Source: Pseudomonadota bacterium (GTDB lineage Bacteria; Pseudomonadota; Alphaproteobacteria; Micropepsales; Micropepsaceae). From it: a stretch of DNA of 64,000 nucleotides. This document shows, piece after piece, positions 62,724 to 64,000 of this stretch. Made by a program: the position numbers and the translations under genes. The stretch is from the NCBI GenBank assembly GCA_041178445.1, contig JBEGVG010000064.1:34-64033 (forward strand), given 5' to 3'. Numbering within the stretch: position 1 is the first letter of the stretch; each line of letters opens with the position of its first letter. The notes beneath the pieces were generated by a model. It had not been told where the DNA came from, did no database searches, and worked only from the letters and a program-made list of their open reading frames with translations.

Positions 62724-63935
62724 ATGCCGCAAACGCAAGACCAGCCTGAAGGTACGCGCGGTTCGGCGTTGGAAGTTCTTTGGGTGTTCCTCGGGCTAGG
62801 GCTGACATGCTTTGGCGGCCCGGTGGCGCATCTGGGCTATTTTCGTCAGGCCTTTGTGATCCGCCGCCGCTGGCTGGACGAGGCGGCCTATGCCGATCTG
62901 GTGGCGCTGGGCCAGTTCCTGCCGGGACCGGCCAGCAGCCAGGTCGGTTTCGCCATCGGCCTGTCGCGCGCCGGCTGGTGGGGCGGCTTGGCGGCCTGGT
63001 GCGGCTTCACCTTGCCATCGGTGCTGCTGCTGCTGGCCTTCGCGTATTTTGCCACATCGTTCCACGGCGTCGCCGCCACCAGCGCCATTCATGGTCTCAA
63101 GCTGGTCGCGGTCGCCGTGGTGGCGCAAGCGGTCTGGGGCATGGCGCGGACATTGACGCCCGATGCGCGCCGTATTGCCATTGCTGCAGGCGGTGGGCTG
63201 ATTGTGCTTTTCGTCAGCGGCGCGGTGGGACAGATCGGGGCGATCCTGCTGGGCGCTGTGGCCGGACTCATTCTCTGCCGCAAAATGTTCGCGCCGGTGA
63301 CCGGGCGGATCGGGGCTTCCGTCTCTGCCTCCCTGGGCGCGGCGTTGCTGGTGGTGTTCGCCCTGTTGCTGCTGGGTCTGCCGCTGGCGGCAAGCCAGTC
63401 GCCGGCCTTCGCGGTGTTCGATGGCTTCTACCGTTCGGGCGCGCTGGTGTTCGGCGGCGGGCATGTGGTGCTGCCGCTGCTGCATGACGCGGTGGTGACC
63501 CCGGGATGGATTTCCGCCGATGATTTCCTGGCGGGCTATGGCGCGGCCCAGGCGGTGCCCGGCCCCCTGTTCGCGGTTGGCGCCTATCTGGGCGCGAAGC
63601 TGGCTTTCTGGCCCAATGGCCTGGCGGGCGCGGCGATCGCGCTGGCGGGCATCTTCCTGCCGGGCATCCTGATCATGGGCGGCGCACTTCCCTTCTGGGA
63701 CCGGTTGCGCACCCGCGCCGACGCGCAAGCCATCATGCGCGGTGTCGCCGCCGCCGTGGTGGGCATTCTGGCGGCGGCGCTCTACGACCCGCTGTGGAAG
63801 AACGCCATTCTGGATTGGACCGATCTGGCGCTGGCGCTGGCGGCATTTCTTCTGCTCACCATCGCGAAAATGCCGCCGCTACTCGTGGTCGTGGCGACAA
63901 CAACCGCGGCCGTCGCCGTGGCGATTGCGGCTTGA
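62724..63935 (+). CDS. chrA: Chromate efflux transporter, long-chain CHR family
   Basis: FGGPVAHLGY, QFLPGPASSQ, FGGGHVVLP, AQAVPGPLF. Confidence 0.95.
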   Translation: MPQTQDQPEGTRGSALEVLWVFLGLGLTCFGGPVAHLGYFRQAFVIRRRWLDEAAYADLVALGQFLPGPASSQVGFAIGLSRAGWWGGLAAWCGFTLPSVLLLLAFAYFATSFHGVAATSAIHGLKLVAVAVVAQAVWGMARTLTPDARRIAIAAGGGLIVLFVSGAVGQIGAILLGAVAGLILCRKMFAPVTGRIGASVSASLGAALLVVFALLLLGLPLAASQSPAFAVFDGFYRSGALVFGGGHVVLPLLHDAVVTPGWISADDFLAGYGAAQAVPGPLFAVGAYLGAKLAFWPNGLAGAAIALAGIFLPGILIMGGALPFWDRLRTRADAQAIMRGVAAAVVGILAAALYDPLWKNAILDWTDLALALAAFLLLTIAKMPPLLVVVATTTAAVAVAIAA

Positions 63936-63949
63936 GACGTTGGTGATTT

Positions 63950-64000
63950 TCAGGCTAGCTCGACCGGCTGGTAACCGGGCGCGCGCGTGCGCCACAGGAT
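63950..64000 (-). CDS. 3' end of an unidentified gene running off the window
   Basis: Open frame ILWRTRAPGYQPVELA* ending at TGA 63950. Confidence 0.35.
   Translation of the reverse strand: MLWRTRAPGYQPVELA

Overview
GC-rich alphaproteobacterial chromosome segment (inference: Rhizomicrobium/Micropepsales- or Caulobacterales-like). It is mostly core genes: mscL, msrB, folD, senC-regB-regA, hisB, metK, trmB, rimP-nusA-ylxR-infB-rbfA-truB-rpsO-pnp, polA, moeB, pckA, pmtA, dnaK-dnaJ, maeB, mutS, leuC, priA, fsa/tal, xerC and chrA, plus three tRNAs (Arg-CCG, Ala-CGC, Thr-CGT). No CRISPR array, transposase, prophage or island integrase is recognisable. The unusual signal is small-scale. (1) The last 22 codons of hisB occur twice, 114 bp apart, with 10 synonymous and 0 non-synonymous differences around a 48-bp hairpin spacer. 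(2) A decayed copy of the 3' end of the 60398-62572 gene lies on the far side of the neighbouring Tat-exported TIM-barrel gene. (3) All three tRNAs carry trailer hairpins that pair with their own CCA end, and one palindromic element supplies the stop codons of two convergent genes. (4) Several families of palindromic mini-repeats have conserved stems and exchangeable loop hairpins, including an inverted pair around metK. (5) Decayed cargo lies next to two tRNAs: an nhaA::chloroperoxidase chimera and a frameshifted DUF2971 gene. Also noted are a CHASE2 class III cyclase lacking most catalytic residues and a conserved-looking gene broken by one in-frame TAA. Together these suggest, as a hypothesis only, a short hairpin-based insertion process that targets gene and tRNA 3' ends; no candidate enzyme is visible in the window.
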